Shown: positions 1 to 14,044 of the stretch, one piece after another
Position numbering within the stretch: position 1 is the stretch's first letter
Layout: each line of letters starts with the position of its first letter
Origin: Vicugna vicugna
Taxonomy: Eukaryota
Direction: 5' to 3'
Length of the DNA stretch: 64,000 nt
Assembly: GCA_013265495.1 (NCBI GenBank)
Contig: MU058781.1
Span: 3,597,050 to 3,661,049, forward strand
Notes under the pieces: generated by a model
Told to the model about the DNA's origin: nothing
What the model saw: the letters and a program-made list of their open reading frames with translations, nothing else
Database searches by the model: none
Program-made: the position numbers and the translations under genes

Positions 1-1971
1 CAGGGCCCACCTGCAGCTGCCTTGAGGTTTCATCGCAAAGCCCTCCACACAGCTGTCAAGCAGGTGGTGGTGTGATGGCTCCAGGGCCCCTCAGTTTGAC
101 ACCAGGAGACTGGAGGACAAGGACAGCCAAAGGCCAAGCGACTCCCCTGGGCCCCAAGCAAACAGGTTGGATGGTCATCCCGGGGCAGCGGAACTGCAAA
201 TCAGCAACTGAACAGAAGGCGTCAGACACAGGCAGGAAGAACCGAGGGCGGGGGACGCCCCACCCCAAGTCCACCTGGAGGGAGGGGTCTACATGCTGTG
301 TTTCCTTAGGCCCCACCTCCCAGTTCTTCGCAAGGGGAAGCAGACGCGTGCTGGTGCGGACTGGAGGAGAGACTCCAGCTCCATCTGGCTACCTCTTAAA
401 CTGAGGAGGAGTAAAGTCAGGTTTGGTGGTGGCAGACTGGGAAACGGGAAAAGTCAACGGTAAAGAAAGAAGCTCAGATGGGAAACAAAGGACAAAAACT
501 CCCCGGGGTTCCCTAGGCTCCAGGTTCTAACTCCTCCCCAGGGTGAGCCACAGCTCTGTCTGGGCATCTGGGAGGTACCGTGGACCCTTCTCGTATCCCC
601 CCGCCCAGGGCCCTCTAGGTCTGCTCCTGGAGCCAGTTTCTGTGATCTGCCAGCAACACAGGCTTATGAATACAGGTAGGATGGGCTGACCCACGCCTGC
701 AGAGTTCAGTTCTTCACTATGATAGAGGCTGCAGGAATGTTCCAGATTAAAGGAGTCTAGAGTCAGGGACCAGGGGCAGCAGGGCCCAACAGGTAAGATG
801 TTTGCCCTCAGCACTTCCCCAGTCCTGATCCTCCACCCCCAAATCCCGCCGTGACCAAGCTCGGGCCAGGGAGCCAGGCTGCACGGCTCAGAAGGCCGAT
901 TCCATCCCTCTGAAGCTTTGAGCCCTGAGCACACAGTGTAAGTCCTCTGTACCTCGGTGCTCCTGGTCTGTAAAATGTCTAATGGGACCGGCCCACCATC
1001 CTGTCCCCAAAATCTCTGGCCACAGGTTCCCAGACTTCAAAAAGGTAATAATACGGTGCATTTCCCAGATGTTACATATCACCCCTTTGCTTTTCTGTAG
1101 AGAAATGTGTGGACAGTCACATGAAGTGAAAATAATAAAACAATGGGTTGCTTCCCATCAGTTCTGCTATCAAATGAGGCTGCACCCAACCAAAGAAAAA
1201 ATTCAATTCTCAGAGTTGAGTTTTTTGGATTTTTTTGTTTCCCCCGCTCCAGAACTGAGGATTAGGGACCGTGACCCTGTATCCATCTCTTCAGATGACT
1301 GCGTGGATTATGCTGGTAAATCCAGCTGCACTCTGTGCAGAACGCCTGCTGCCGCCTCGGACTGCCTCGCTTTACGTCCGTCCCTCACTAAGCTGTGAGT
1401 GTCTTAAAACCCAGAGATACTATCTTAGTCTTTTTTTTTTCTATCCACCCTAGCACGTAGTGAAGTGTTCTGTGCAAGGCCTGAATAAATGTTTGTTAAA
1501 AGAATAAACCTAGTTACAAAGAATTATTTTTCAGTATTCACAACACAACAGAGTCTTGCAAATTCCCTGGAGGGGACAATTACTTCGTCATCTGAAGATG
1601 TTATGAATGTAGAAATTCAGGTGGTAACGTCCTCACTCCTTCCAATTCACCCTTTTTAAAGCGTCCTCAATAACACCAAGTGCTCGTCACTTTAAACAAG
1701 CAAGTGAATAGTGGCGGTAACAGCGGAAGCAACTTATATTCAGTGAGCGCCAATGTGCCAAGTGTCGTTTAAAGAACTTGAAGTGTATTTACTTATTTGA
1801 TCCATCAACCTTTTTTTTTTTTTTAATTTGCCCACTTCACTGATCTAGAAGCAAGGCCGACAACTTGCCCAAAGACACACAGCTAGTGAGTGTCAGCTTT
1901 CAATTTCACGCCGCTGGACCCCATCACACACGGCCGCTCATGTTGGGTGAGCACAGAAGCCCTTTCTGCCT

Positions 1972-2378
1972 CCCTTACGGATTAAACTGTGTTCTCCCAC
2001 AGCCCCCAGGACCTGTGAACGTACGTTTATTTGGAAAGGAGGCCTTCACAGACCACCGTGTTAGACTGGGGTAGCTGAGTGGGCCCCAATCCAACATGGC
2101 TAGTTTCCTGACAGAAAGGGGGACATGCAGACAGACAGACACACAGGGAGAACACCAGTGGACAGGAACGCAGGCCAAGGAATGACAAAGATGGCCAGTG
2201 ACCCACCGGAAGCCTGGAACAGAGTCTCCCTCCCCGCCCTTGAAAGGAACCAGCCCTGCCGACGCCTTGGTCTCAGTGTTCCAGCCTCCAGGACTGAGAA
2301 AATTCACTGCTGTCATTGAAGCTGCCCAGGCTGCGTCTTTGTTAGGGTGGGCAGGCCAGCCCAGGAAGCGCACACAAG
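1972..2378 (+). mobile_element. MaLR solo LTR (MLT1-type)
   Basis: Begins ttacggattaaactgtgttctccca, contains ttatttggaaag...gccttcacaga and gcctggaacagagtctccctc...gaaaggaaccagccctgccgacgccttggtctca...ttccagcctccaggactgagaaaa, typical of MLT1. Subfamily not determined. Confidence 0.8.
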
Positions 2379-3125
2379 CCCACGGGGCTAATAAAAGCAG
2401 CAGGCTGGAGCCAGCAAGGCCCGTGTCCCCCTCTCAGGGACAGTCCTGCGGTGACAGGAGCCGGCAGAGTAACATGTGCTCGTTGGACGGGAAAGCAAGG
2501 ACACAAGTGGGGCTTCCTGATCCCTGGCCGGTCCCCGAATCCTACCTCCTGGCCTTTTGGTGACTTCTTTTAAAACCAACCAAAAAGAAACCAAGAGACC
2601 AAGAGAAGACTCACTGCCATGCTGCTTCCTGGCTCCCTGGGGTGAGTAATGGCACTACCCCGCCCACAGGCACACTGCTTCACACTCACTCGACCCCCAC
2701 AAAGGCAGAAACTCCCCTCGTCGCTGCCTGAGGCCACTGCTGGTACCCTCCACCTCCCATGGACTGAGGCCTGCTCGGGATTTAGAGAGGACAGCTGACA
2801 GCCGGGGACGGAGGCCATCACCTCCCAGTCCCTCTGGGGGCTGCGAGGCCGAGACAGCAGTGGCCCCCTACGTGGGACAGCAGAGCTGGGAAGGAGACGG
2901 GGCACTTCAGACCTCAGGACCTGGACTCATCCTCTGCCTGTCACTCACAGCAAACCTCATATCGCCTGCTCTGATATGGAAAACCTCAAGCAGATTACAA
3001 GTGCACTTGGGTGAGAGTTTATATCATCTGATACCATGGCTACCGCTAGAGTTCAGGGTTTAGTCATCTGAGGCCCTCTGATCTAAATCTCTATGCATGT
3101 GTGCCCACCATACCGGGTCTCTGCA

Positions 3126-3174
3126 TGCATGTGCGCGCACGCAGACAGACACACACACACACACACACACACGC
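3126..3174. repeat. (CA)n microsatellite with preceding mixed purine-pyrimidine run
   Basis: Direct reading: gcatgtgcgcgcacgcagacagacacacacacacacacacacacacacgc. Confidence 0.9.
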
Positions 3175-6100
3175 TCTGGCCTGCCCCCCAGACTCCTGCC
3201 CCTGCAAGCATCCAAGCAGAAGCACATGCCTCCCTGGGGATACTGGAAGCTTGGCAGTGAGCAGGAACTCTCCAAGAGGTGCCCAGGCGGTCAGGTTTCT
3301 GACCCGATCCAGACTGAGTTTTTTGCTGAAGGTTGGTTCTTTCCGAAGTCCCTGTCACTAAATCACCCTGGTAATTCCAGACGCCCATCAGGCTTTTGAC
3401 AGAGCCATGGAGAATCGTCCCAGGCAGGAAGGCTGCCTGGGTGGGAAAGCAACCTTGTCCTTGGTCTGAATTTGGTTGTAGAAACAGCCAAGGTGCAAAT
3501 ACACGTTATTTCTAGAGAGAAAACGCTCATGACACCTCACCACAGATTGGCAGGGAAGTTTCTGAAATTGCAGGCAAAGGGGGATCCTTAGGCCAAAACA
3601 GGAGCAAGTCGGAGGTCCTGCTACTGCCTGTCAGCAGTGCCCTGCCTGGGCCACCTCGCATCCTGTTTGAACCAAGGAGAAGGGGAAGAAATGTCTCAGC
3701 CACGTTCAGCACAGACACTCACACAGAGAGCCACGTTAGATCAGGAAGAGCACAGGAGGTCGAGTGGCCTGGGTCCTTCCTGTGTGTCTGTGTCTGCACA
3801 CCCTCCCACTGGAATCTGCTAAAAGGGAGGGGAGACTGGTCACTCGGCCAGTCGTGGCTTAGTGTCTGCCTGGTCCCCTCTCTGCAGACAGCATTTCCAA
3901 ACAGACACCACGGGCGATTCGTAGACCATTCTTCCAGCTTGACTACTGCTTACTCCTAAAACATTGCCGGGCATGATTTTGCCACAGCAGGCCTGACAGG
4001 CTGGGGACTCTCCTGGTTCAGCCCAGCTCAGTCCTGGGAAGCCCTGATCCTCACTGTCTCATCTCACAATGGATATGGGTGTCAGAGGGGGCCCGAAGCC
4101 CATCCACCCTGCTGCATAAGATCCCAGAGGCTTAAGAGGAAGCGAGGCTTCTTATAGGTTGTTTTAGCTTTTAAAAAAATTAAATGAGTATCACCATGGC
4201 AGCTGAGGTTTATTTCATTTTTGCCCATTAAGTAGAGGTTAACTTTGAAACCATGCATCGCAGCCCCCACTCATCCTTTCTAGAATAAAGCAAGACTCTA
4301 AATAAACATGCAGACAGATCTCAATGGCTCTCTTGCTGCCCGCGCTCAATCCTGAGCAGGTCAGGTCCTGCTGTGCAGCCTCCCGGGGCAACTGCACCCC
4401 TGTTCCCCCAACCACACACACACGTGGCATATGGTAGCCTCCTGGGAATAAAAGCTTTCCTGTTCAGATAATCACAGGGACACTATGGAGTAGAATGAAA
4501 AGTTCACATGAAGTTTTCAAGTAAGAACAAGAGACCTCAGAGAGAGATGACTGTCCCTGCAGGAGGCACTGAGCTATGCCTTTCTCTGACTCTGGGGCCT
4601 AGAGCCGAGGAGTCTGGGGAGCACTATGCAGGGGAAGGTCCTCACTCCTCCCTGCTCCCATGACTGACGGGTGGCTTCAGATACCCACCTGGGAAAATCC
4701 AAGACGGGTCTTTCTGACAGACATGAGGCAAAGGAGCAACAGTGCCTGCAGCCCACGGCTGTGCAGGCCAAAGACGCAGCAGCCCCAAAGGGAAGCAGGA
4801 AAGATGACTTCAAGGGGAGCTTAACCTTCCCTGACCTGCTCCCTCCTGTGGATCCTGAGTCAGACTTGCTAGAGGCAAATGGGTACCTGCCAGAGATCTG
4901 AGAGGTGACCCAGACTTCCTGTAATTTTCCAGAGCCAAAAAAATGGAGAATTGTCTCTAGAAAGTTGTATGGCACGTAAAACCATGCCCTACGGATAACA
5001 GGTGCTCGGTCAATGTTTGGAGATGATGATTAATAAGCTTACCACCAGCAAAGAGCCAACTGAGGAACGTGACTCCCCCATCCACCACTTCCCGATACCG
5101 CAGGGTAGGGAGGGGCCAAAGGGCTCCATGTTTAACAAGCCCTTCGTCCAACCCCAACCCAGGATCCTCAGAAACACTTTGAGAAACTGATGCAGAAACA
5201 CACACCGGGGGAATGACAGAGCTGGGAGTGGAGCCTGGGTCTGGATAACGTTACCCTTGATACTTCTCGTATGCCAGAAGCGATAATTGATTATTGATGG
5301 AGAGCGGGTATTTCCCGCTAAGCGTCAGCAACCGTCTGTAACGAACGCCTGCAGCTGGATGTGATTCAGAGTAAGCAAGACATCCTCAACGTGGCTCCAA
5401 ACTGGACTCTATCATTTACGTTCTTTGGAAGTGGCTACCGGCCTGTTTACATAAGAAAAATGAACAGGGAGCTTTCACTGGCTCTGTCCTTGGGGCTCTT
5501 AAATCATTTTCCTGGGCTGCTTCAGGGACAGCCTTCAGTGGGAACCAAGAGACATTTTCTATCCAGGCAACAGCAGAGGTTCCAGATACGATTCCTGGAG
5601 CTCAAGCTGGTGTCAATGGTTCAAACAGATGATGTCACACCCTCCCAGCAGCCCAGCCCAGCCCGTGAGCGGAGGGACCGTGAGCTCTTTCAGGGCAGGG
5701 ACCCCAACTCGCTCTGCTTCCAGCAGATTCGAAATAACCAGCTGTTGCAGGGTCGCTGAGCCCAACTTCAGTAATGCCAGTGAGCCTCCCCTCGCAGCCA
5801 CAAACGACAGGTTGGGGGGAGAATTCTTGGAGAGAAAAGAATCACACCGCCTCCTGATCGGCCCCAGAATCTGCCTTCGGTTTCATTTCCCACCTCGGGG
5901 TGGTGGGCACCGGGGGCGCCCACGTTCGTCTATGGGTTCCAAGGACGTCAGTGGCACACAATGAGTCACAGATACCCTGGGGCGCAGCGAGTCACCTTGA
6001 ACTTGTAAGTTGCTTGAAGTTGTGAGGCAGCTCAGCAGAGCAGCGTCTAAGAGGCCAAATGGCAGGTTCAAATTTTGACTGTGATAGTTCCTGTTTTGTT

Positions 6101-6886
6101 CTGTCTTTTTCTGCTCTGTGTTTGTGTAATATCTATTTTTTAATCTCCCAACCAGATCCTTTGGAAGCCGAGATCCATCTCATTATGTTCTGAGTGTTTG
6201 CTCTGTAACCACTGGCCGAGTGTCTTATACCTGGGGGACCCCCCACTGATGCTGTGATGACAGGCAGCCCTCTGCCCCCAAGGTGGGCTCTGCACCTGTC
6301 ATGTCACTGAGCCAGAGCAGCTGGGGAGATGGGGGATGCCCCAGTTCAGAGGGAGCAGGAGGCAGCCACCCTCCCAGGCCCAGCCCCGCCCAGACTCTTG
6401 CCATCTGAAACATTCCGGGTCCCCTGAGTCAGTTACCACCGCTGTGATCCCTCCCGCACAGCCTGGGTTGGCTAATGACCCAGGGCGGCTGCCCCACCTT
6501 GTTTTTCCATCCACTGCCAGCTCATACCTCCTACCCTCTTGAGCAGGGCAGTGCTCCCTGGCCCTCGCACCGCCATCCCTCCTTCAGCAGCTGCTTCTTG
6601 CTGGCTGGATCTTCGAGGGGTGCGCTGCTGATTTCCCCTTTATCTGCTATGCGTGGGGTACACTCTTTCCTTCAACATGAGCTCCTTCCCTCTGACTTCG
6701 AGACGAAGAAAGCTCCTTCTCCATCCCTCTACCTCATAATCACTAACTTTGCAAACCACGTGCAACAAAAGCGAACCCAGACTGATGGTTAACCTCTGCA
6801 CCCCGATTCCCGCAGTCCTCTTCCTTTGGGTTGTTACACTTGTCTGGAGAGAGGTTCCCTCCACTCGAGAAGAAAGCAGCCAGTGA

Positions 6887-7032
6887 GGGGGGAGGGTATG
6901 GCTCAATGGTAGAGTGTGTACTTGGCATGCATGAGGTCCTGGGTTCAATCCCCAGTACCGCCATTAAAAAATAATAATAATAAACAAACAAACCTAATTA
7001 CCCCCCTCCCCTACCACCAAATGAAAAAAGAA
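6887..7032 (+). mobile_element. tRNA-derived SINE, camelid Vic-1-like, full length
   Basis: ggggggagggtatggctcaatggtagag (A box), gggttcaatcccc (B box), A-rich tail. Target-site duplication agaaagcagccagtg (6871-6885) and agaaagaagccagtg (7033-7047). Confidence 0.85.
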
Positions 7033-7439
7033 AGAAAGAAGCCAGTGGAAACAAAGCATCTTGAATTCAGGTCACAAATGCCACCCTACTCAGAGCTCAG
7101 CAAGTCGGAGAACATGGGCTGCCACGATTTCATTAGGCAGAAAGCATCTCTCTTTTCAAACGGTCAAGTCACACAGGGGAACAATTAAGCAACTGAAAGG
7201 GAAGAAGGGAGAGGTTTCTTAAGGACCATTTTAAAAATGCAAAGCACCTTATCTCTAACACCGCCCAGGGCACTGAATCAGCTGTGTGCCCCAAGTAAGT
7301 GTTAGGCCTGGCTTTCCTGACCACCAGACTCCAGAAAGGTGGAGCTGGGGGTCCTGGAGGTGTGGTGAGGTGGGGGTGCGGTGAGGTGGGGGTGCACTGC
7401 GATCCAGCTAGCCAGAGGCAAAGGCAGGGCAGGACCCCA

Positions 7440-7650
7440 GATCTGTGCTGTCCACCTCTGGAGCCACCAGCCACATGTGGCTGCTTACATTTCAATTAAT
7501 TAAAATGGAATAAAAGGTAAAAGTCAGTTCTTCTTTGGCACTGGCCACATGGCACATGCTCAGTGGCCACAGGGGGCCCGTGGCACTCACACTGGACAGC
7601 GCAGAACAGAATGTTTCCATCACCAGAGAGTTCTACTGGATGGTGCCGCT
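7440..7650. mobile_element. hAT-Charlie MITE, MER3/MER33-like
   Basis: gtgctgtcca...agccaccagccacatgtggct...aattaattaaaat...ctggacagcgcagaacagaatgtttccatcacc..agagttcta.tgga motifs. Confidence 0.7.
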
Positions 7651-8475
7651 ACAGACAACACTCCCCAAGGTGTTCCCACTCCTCAGGGGTTTGGGTCTCA
7701 CTCTCAGCCCAGGCAGGCATCCGTGAAGCGGTGTGAAACTGGGTCAGCGGGACAGACCCACTTTTCTTCTTAATGAAACAGCACAGCATAGAAAATATCA
7801 TAGTGCATCACATGCCAATGACATAAGGGGAAGAGTCAGGTGATAAAACGTTTTCAACTGATTCAGTTTTACTTATACACATACATTCATACATTTTCTG
7901 TATTTATATATTTCTAGTTATATATCTACTTGGCCACGACATAAAAGGTATTTCTTCCAGTGGGTCAGGGTCAGGAAAACTTAGAGCCTCTGCACTCAAG
8001 TGCTCCATGTCTGTAAATATTTGGGTGCTTTGGCCCTCGCTCACCTTCCCCTTTCCCAGATGACTCAGATCACAAGAGAGTGAGGCCAAGTGTCTGCTCC
8101 TAGCTTCATACACAGGTTTTCCTCCAGACCTGATTTTCCCCGTGAGCTATTCCCTGCTCATCTATTCCCCCTGGGCATGGAGCCAGGCAGCCGGAGGGAC
8201 CCAGACACTTGTCTGGGCTCCAGGGCCCACACACAGGCAGGGGCGGGGGGAGGATGGACAGACAGACCCACAGCCTCACTGATACTGATTCTGTGGCTTA
8301 TGAAGCCCGGCCCTGATACATTTATGGCCCAGCAAAGGCTTGTCGGATCAACAGCCACGACGAAGACATGCCTAGAAATCATTCTTCTTGCTCCCTTGGC
8401 CCACAAGCTCCTGTGGCCCCAGCAGTAGTTCCCTCATTTACAGAGGCCCAAAGAAACTGGAATACACTCTCCCTG

Positions 8476-9172
8476 ACGGTGGTGGTGAACTTACATGTCA
8501 ACTTAAGCTAGGAAATGACACCCAGATATTTGATCAAACATTATTCTAGATGTTTCTGTGAAAGTATGTTTTAGATGAGATTAACATTTAAATCAGGAGA
8601 CTGAGTAAAGCAGATTATTCTTTATAATGTGGGTGGGCCACATCCAATCAGTTGAAGGCCCTTAATAGGGAAAAAAAAAAAAACTGATCTTCACTTCAAA
8701 AGAGGGAATTTTGCCAGCAAACAGGCTTCAGACTCGAACTCCAACATCAAGTCTTCGCTAGGTCTCCAGGCTGCTGTCCTGTCCTGCAGGTTTCAGACTT
8801 GCCAGCATCCACAATTGCATGAACCAACTTCCATATATATACACACATACACATACATATATGCACACATAACATAGTTGACTTTTGATCAATATAGGTT
8901 TGAATGGTGTGGGTCCACTTACATGCAGATTTTTTTAATAGTAAATACTATAGTACTACACGATCCTCTGTTGGTCAAATCCATGCAGGTAGAAACGCAG
9001 ATTCAGATAAACTATAGATATGGAGGGCCGACTATAATTTATATGCAGATTTTCAACTACGGGGAGGCACCCCCTAACCCAAAGTTGTTCAAGGATCAAC
9101 TGCAAACACACAACACACACACATCCTATTGGTCCTTTCTCTGGAGAAACAGAAGTTTCCCAGACTAATATA
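8476..9172 (+). mobile_element. ERVL LTR (MLT2-type), interrupted by a Tigger MITE
   Basis: atgtcaactt...cccagatatttgatcaaacattattct...gatgagattaacattt...taatgtgggtgggccacatccaatcagttgaaggcc. The LTR 3' end (cacatcctattggtcctttctctggagaa...agactaata) resumes after 9102. Confidence 0.8.
8875..9102. mobile_element. Tigger2-type non-autonomous TcMar DNA transposon
   Basis: Terminal inverted repeats tagttgacttttgatcaata and gttgttcaaggatcaactg; internal gggtccacttacatgcagattttt. Confidence 0.75.
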
Positions 9173-9359
9173 CACTCATATTCTGCCCAAAGAAAGCCTC
9201 CTCATTGTTCAAGTGCCACCTCCTCCATGCAGCAACCCCTGATTCCCTCTGTCAAAATAACTGCTGCTGCTTCTGAGCTCATTTCTGCAGTATATTCCTT
9301 GTGCCACATTTTTACAAACATAATTCTTGTGCCTTGTACCAGGGTTAAGACTTAGATTC

Positions 9360-9683
9360 TAAACCCTGTTCAAAGCTTGGTCCACGAACCAGCAATGCCA
9401 GCCTAGCCTGGACACTTGTTAGAAATGCAGGACCCCCACCCTGACCTATGGAACCAGAATCTGCATTTTAACTGGATGCTCAGGTGGTTCATAGTGCATT
9501 AAAGCTTGAGAAGCACTGTTTTAAATAAAGCTGTTTAACTTCGAGGAGGTTTTAAAAATATCAATGCCTAGTTGCTACCCTCAGAGACTCTGACATAATT
9601 GGTCTGGGATGCAGGCTGGGCATCAGAACGTTCAAAACCTTCCCAAGGGCTCCTAATGTGTAGCCAAGCTTGAGAACCACTGT
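9360..9683. mobile_element. Two adjacent hAT-Charlie MITEs (MER5A/MER5B-like)
   Basis: cttgttagaaatgcag...cagaatctgcattttaac...ttgagaagcactg, followed by aattggtctggg...ggctgggcatc...ttgagaaccactg. Confidence 0.7.
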
Positions 9684-12069
9684 AAACAAACCCTTCTTTT
9701 ATAAGAATAATGGAGATTGGTGAAGTTAAGAGACTGTCAGGCTACAAAGTGAGTTAGTAGCAGGAATAGGACCCCCACCAAGGTTTCCCGTTTCCCTCAA
9801 AATGTTAGGGAAAGAGAAAAAGATCCCTATACGCAGTCGGCAAATCTAAAAGGAAATCTGGGTCATCCAACGCCCAGCAGACACAAGACACTGTCACTAC
9901 ACCGCGTGGCCCCTATGCAAAGAGGAACCAATGGGATTCTCAATGAATACAAAGAACCACTCAGTGTACGCTGGATCCCAGGACCCTTTCCATTTTTAAT
10001 GACTGTCAAACACTGAAACCAATGTAAAATGAGTGCTGGAAACGACAGGAGCCACCCTGGTCTAGGGTGACTCAAAAATGTCCTATGCAGACACAGATCC
10101 TGCCTTCACTGTCACCTTTACCCTCTGCCCCCCTGATTCTCTGCTTATGTAATGCCTGTGGAAGGAATAAGATGATATGATTGCACTTGCTTAGTGTTGC
10201 CATATGGCACGGAGTTTTCCTCGGAGCTAGGAGACTACAGGGAGAAAAGAGGGGAGGAAGCAGTTATTTTCCTTGCAAACTCTCTCTGGGTTTATCTTTA
10301 CACGACCTGGGGAAGTCCACGAATTCCTCTGCCACGGTTATGGTCAGTAACCACAGGTTTTCCCCCCAGTTTATTTCCACCACCTGCTCCCTTTTAGGAG
10401 GAGTGACTAACATGCAGAGGGGGCCCGTCTTGGACTGCATCCAGACAACAGCTCACGTGTGACAGGGTGACATTGTCTAAAACGGCCTCCTATCAACTGG
10501 CCAGGAGTGGCCTGGCGTGACTCTCCCTTTGATCCGCTGCTAACAGTGCGGTAGTTCTTCTTGGACAAAACTCCATCCTTCCTCAGCACAGTGGAGGACA
10601 ATCTTCTTAACCTTCGGAAAAAGCTAACCCCCAACATCCACTGCATGTGTGCCCAGAAACCTCCCAACTCCCACTGAATTACCAGCTTGGCAGCTGGTAG
10701 CAGCAGCTATGCATCTAGATGTGTTCTCAGCAGTGACATTAAAGGAAAGAAAACCCACACCATCAAGGGCATGAGGCACGTGATCGGATGTTCGGACACG
10801 GGCACACACACACACAGCACACCACACACTTAGGCAAAAAGCCTTCCCACCGAACCACACTGGTCAGGCCACTCTGCCCCTGGAATACAACTCCCCTGCA
10901 GATAAAGGGAAGATTGCTTCCTGGTAAGGAGGAGAGCTGTGTCCATGCAACAGATGAAAAAATGACAAGTATAGGCAATCAACCTTAACTGCAGCAATAG
11001 GAATAAAACAGCACTTAAAAATATTTACCAAACCATATAATGTGGCCCAGTCAGAGCCAAGCCTTTAATGTGAGTTATTGGAAAAGATACACACAGTGGG
11101 AGCTCTTATAAATGGACTCTGGCGCCGGCATTTTACAGCGAAAGTAATGAAAGTCTAGGGAGGTGAGGTCACTTGCCCAAGGTCACAGCTAATTAGCTTT
11201 GCTGTCTGGACAAGAATCACCTGTCCAGGCTCCCAGGCCAACACGCTTTGGCCATATCACATCACCATCCAGAGCCCAGGAAAGAGTTCAAGCAGACGGT
11301 GATGCATTTTCCCAGAACGACGGTTCTGAAGCTGCTCACCAGCCGCTGCGGCACAGAAAACCTACAGCAAAGAAACGGGGAAGTGAAAACTGGAAATGTT
11401 GTCCCTGCACCATCCCTGTATTTCTTTGGAAGGCTGAAGCCAGCAAGGGCTCCACTTCCCATCCTGAGGCAAGGCCAGGAGGCGGAGGAAAACGACAGGG
11501 TCACACTGTTTTCAGCAGTGTCTGGGTTTTACCTGGACATGGTTAGAACGACAGCGAAATCCCCCTAGAACCAAGAGCTTCTCGCCAGAGTCAGAGTCAT
11601 ATCCGACCACCTTCCCAAAAGACAGCAGAGCCCCTGGACCTTCACGCATCCACTTCCACTTCCTGGAAGGCTGCCTTTCCCCTTTGGCCAACGCTGCACT
11701 AATTTGTACACATCATCAGCGTCTGCACGTGCCTGGGGACAGCTGCCCCAGATTCAAAGAACCACAGAATGTAAGAACTGGAGAGTCATTCCAACCAAAC
11801 GTTCTCCCCTCATGTTACTGTCTCTTTCTTTGGAAAAAAAAAAATCAATGTTTTTTTTTTTCCATTAAGATTGTATTTTTAAAAACTGAAAATTTAGGAA
11901 AGGAAAAATTCCACAGTCTCACAACCCCACAATAACCATCATTAGGATTTTGGCTTATTACCTGTCAGACTTCCATTTTCTGGGCCTGTGTGTGTGTTTT
12001 AAACAAGTCTATCATCGTAATATACAAATATTTCTGCATCGTTTTTCTTTACCTGTAATTATATCATAT

Positions 12070-12725
12070 TCCTCAAAAAACTAAAAACAGACTTACCATA
12101 TGATCCAGCAATCCCACTCCTGGGCATATATCCAGAAGGAACTCTAATTTGAAAAGATACATGCACCCCAATGTTCATAGTAGCACTATATACAATAGCT
12201 AAGACATGGAAGACCTAAATGTCCATTGACAGATGACTGGATAAAGAAGTTGTGGTTGTGGTATATTTATATGACGGAATACTACTTAGCCATGAAAAAG
12301 AATAAAATAATGCCACAACTTGGATGGACCTGGAGAGCATCATTCTAAGTGAAGCCAGAAAGAGAAAGAAAAATACCATATGATATCACTCATGCGGAAT
12401 CTAAAAAAGAAAAAGAAAAAAGAAAGAAAGAAAAGAGGACACTAATGAACTCATCTACAAAACAGAAACAGACTCACAGACATAGTAAACAATCTTATAG
12501 TTATCAGGGGAAAAGGGGTGGGAAGGGATAAATTTGGGAGTCTGAGATTTGCAAATGATAACCTCTATATACAAAAATAGATTAAAAAAACAAATTTCTT
12601 CTGTATAGCACAGGGAACTATATTCAATATCTTACAAATGGCCTTTAATGAAAAGGAGTATGAAAACTGACCAGGACATCATGCTGTACCCCAGAAACTG
12701 AAACATTCTGACTGTAACTTTAAAC
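12070..12725 (+). mobile_element. 5'-truncated LINE-1 (ORF2 3' end and 3' UTR), artiodactyl-type
   Basis: ctcaaaaaactaaaaacagacttaccatatgatccagcaatcccactcctgggcatatatcca..., tggatggacctggag..., ctgtatagcacagggaactatattcaatatctt. Confidence 0.9.
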
Positions 12726-14044
12726 ATACATATATATTTAAATCATAAAAGTTCCACATACTGCTGTAGCCTTCCTTTACAGAATTCTAACGGCCATTTA
12801 GTATTTAATCAACTGCATTTACCATATTTACCTATGGAACATTTACGTTTGTTTCTAGTGTTTCATGATATAAATAAGTCTTCACTGAACGCTCTTGTGA
12901 ACAGTTTTTTTCTAGTTATTTCTTGACGTTATTTCCTTAGAGGAGAGCTTCCCAGCAGTCAACCTCCACCTTTTCCTCTCTGTTGGAGAAACACAGGCCC
13001 CAAGTGATGAAATGTCCGATTGGGTAAAAAGAGCAAGCTCTAGGTAGCCGGGTTTGGCGCTGACTCAGCTGTCAACCCCCAGCTGTGTGCGCACCATCAA
13101 GCCTCAGCTCCTCTGAGACTCAGCCTCCCTTGGGCGCTAGGCGACAGGTCCCCCCAAGACCTGCCACTGTGTCTCTGCCCACCATACCACATGGCCTCCC
13201 ATGAGACACCAAGTCATCCACCACTCTCCCTTCTAGTTCTCTGCCCCTTAACATCAGCTGCTCAAGAAAATGACTCAGCTGAAGCCCAACACGAGACCAG
13301 ACTTCTTTAAGCATGTGAGGGTCACACGGATCAGGTCTAGGGCTTGTCAAGTGTGGCAGCCATACTGGCTGTTTTCCCAGCCCCCACAAACCCCCACTCC
13401 ACCCCCGGTCCTTGGCACTACTTTCTGAATCCAGGTCAGCTGTGGAATTCAACAGTCAAACCTGAGAGTGCTGATCATAGGGCGTTGCGACAATCATAAA
13501 CACACACAGGCCTGCACGTGGGGACTTCCCAGAATTCAGCCAAGCAGGGGAGGGCGTTGGCCTGAGTCCCCGATCAGGGTTCCCCAGCACAGTCAGGAGG
13601 CCACTGTGCCTGCGACCACCAGTCACATCCCCAGTGGATCCCGGGAGGTGAAGACACCGCCCACAGAATAGAGTACACCTGAACCAGTGGAGAAGCGGTT
13701 TCTACCTTATCCGCACGAGAATTTGGCATTTATTTTTAGCCTCTGTAAACAATGAGTTACAATCAGCAGAGAAGGGAAGACGATGAGATAACATTTTCTC
13801 AGTCTCTGAACATCCTGTCTGGCATGTGCAGCTCCCCAGGCTGCTGTCCCCACTGGGATGGGATTGGATTCTGTGCGCTCTAGTTTCCCCTTTTCATATT
13901 TCATGCTGAAACCTTATGGCCTCTGTGCATATGGCGCCTGGGTTTTGCAGCATATTGTGCTGGCAAAAACACAGGTTTTAGAGTCAGACAATCCTACGTC
14001 GAAGTCTGATTTCGCTTCTCTGGAGCTGGGTAAACCTGACAAAA

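Noticed and set aside
6887..6962. Possible tRNA-Ala gene (also at 55188 and 60058)
   Set aside because: Followed by a SINE tail and, at 6887 and 55188, flanked by clear target-site duplications. These are tRNA-derived SINEs.
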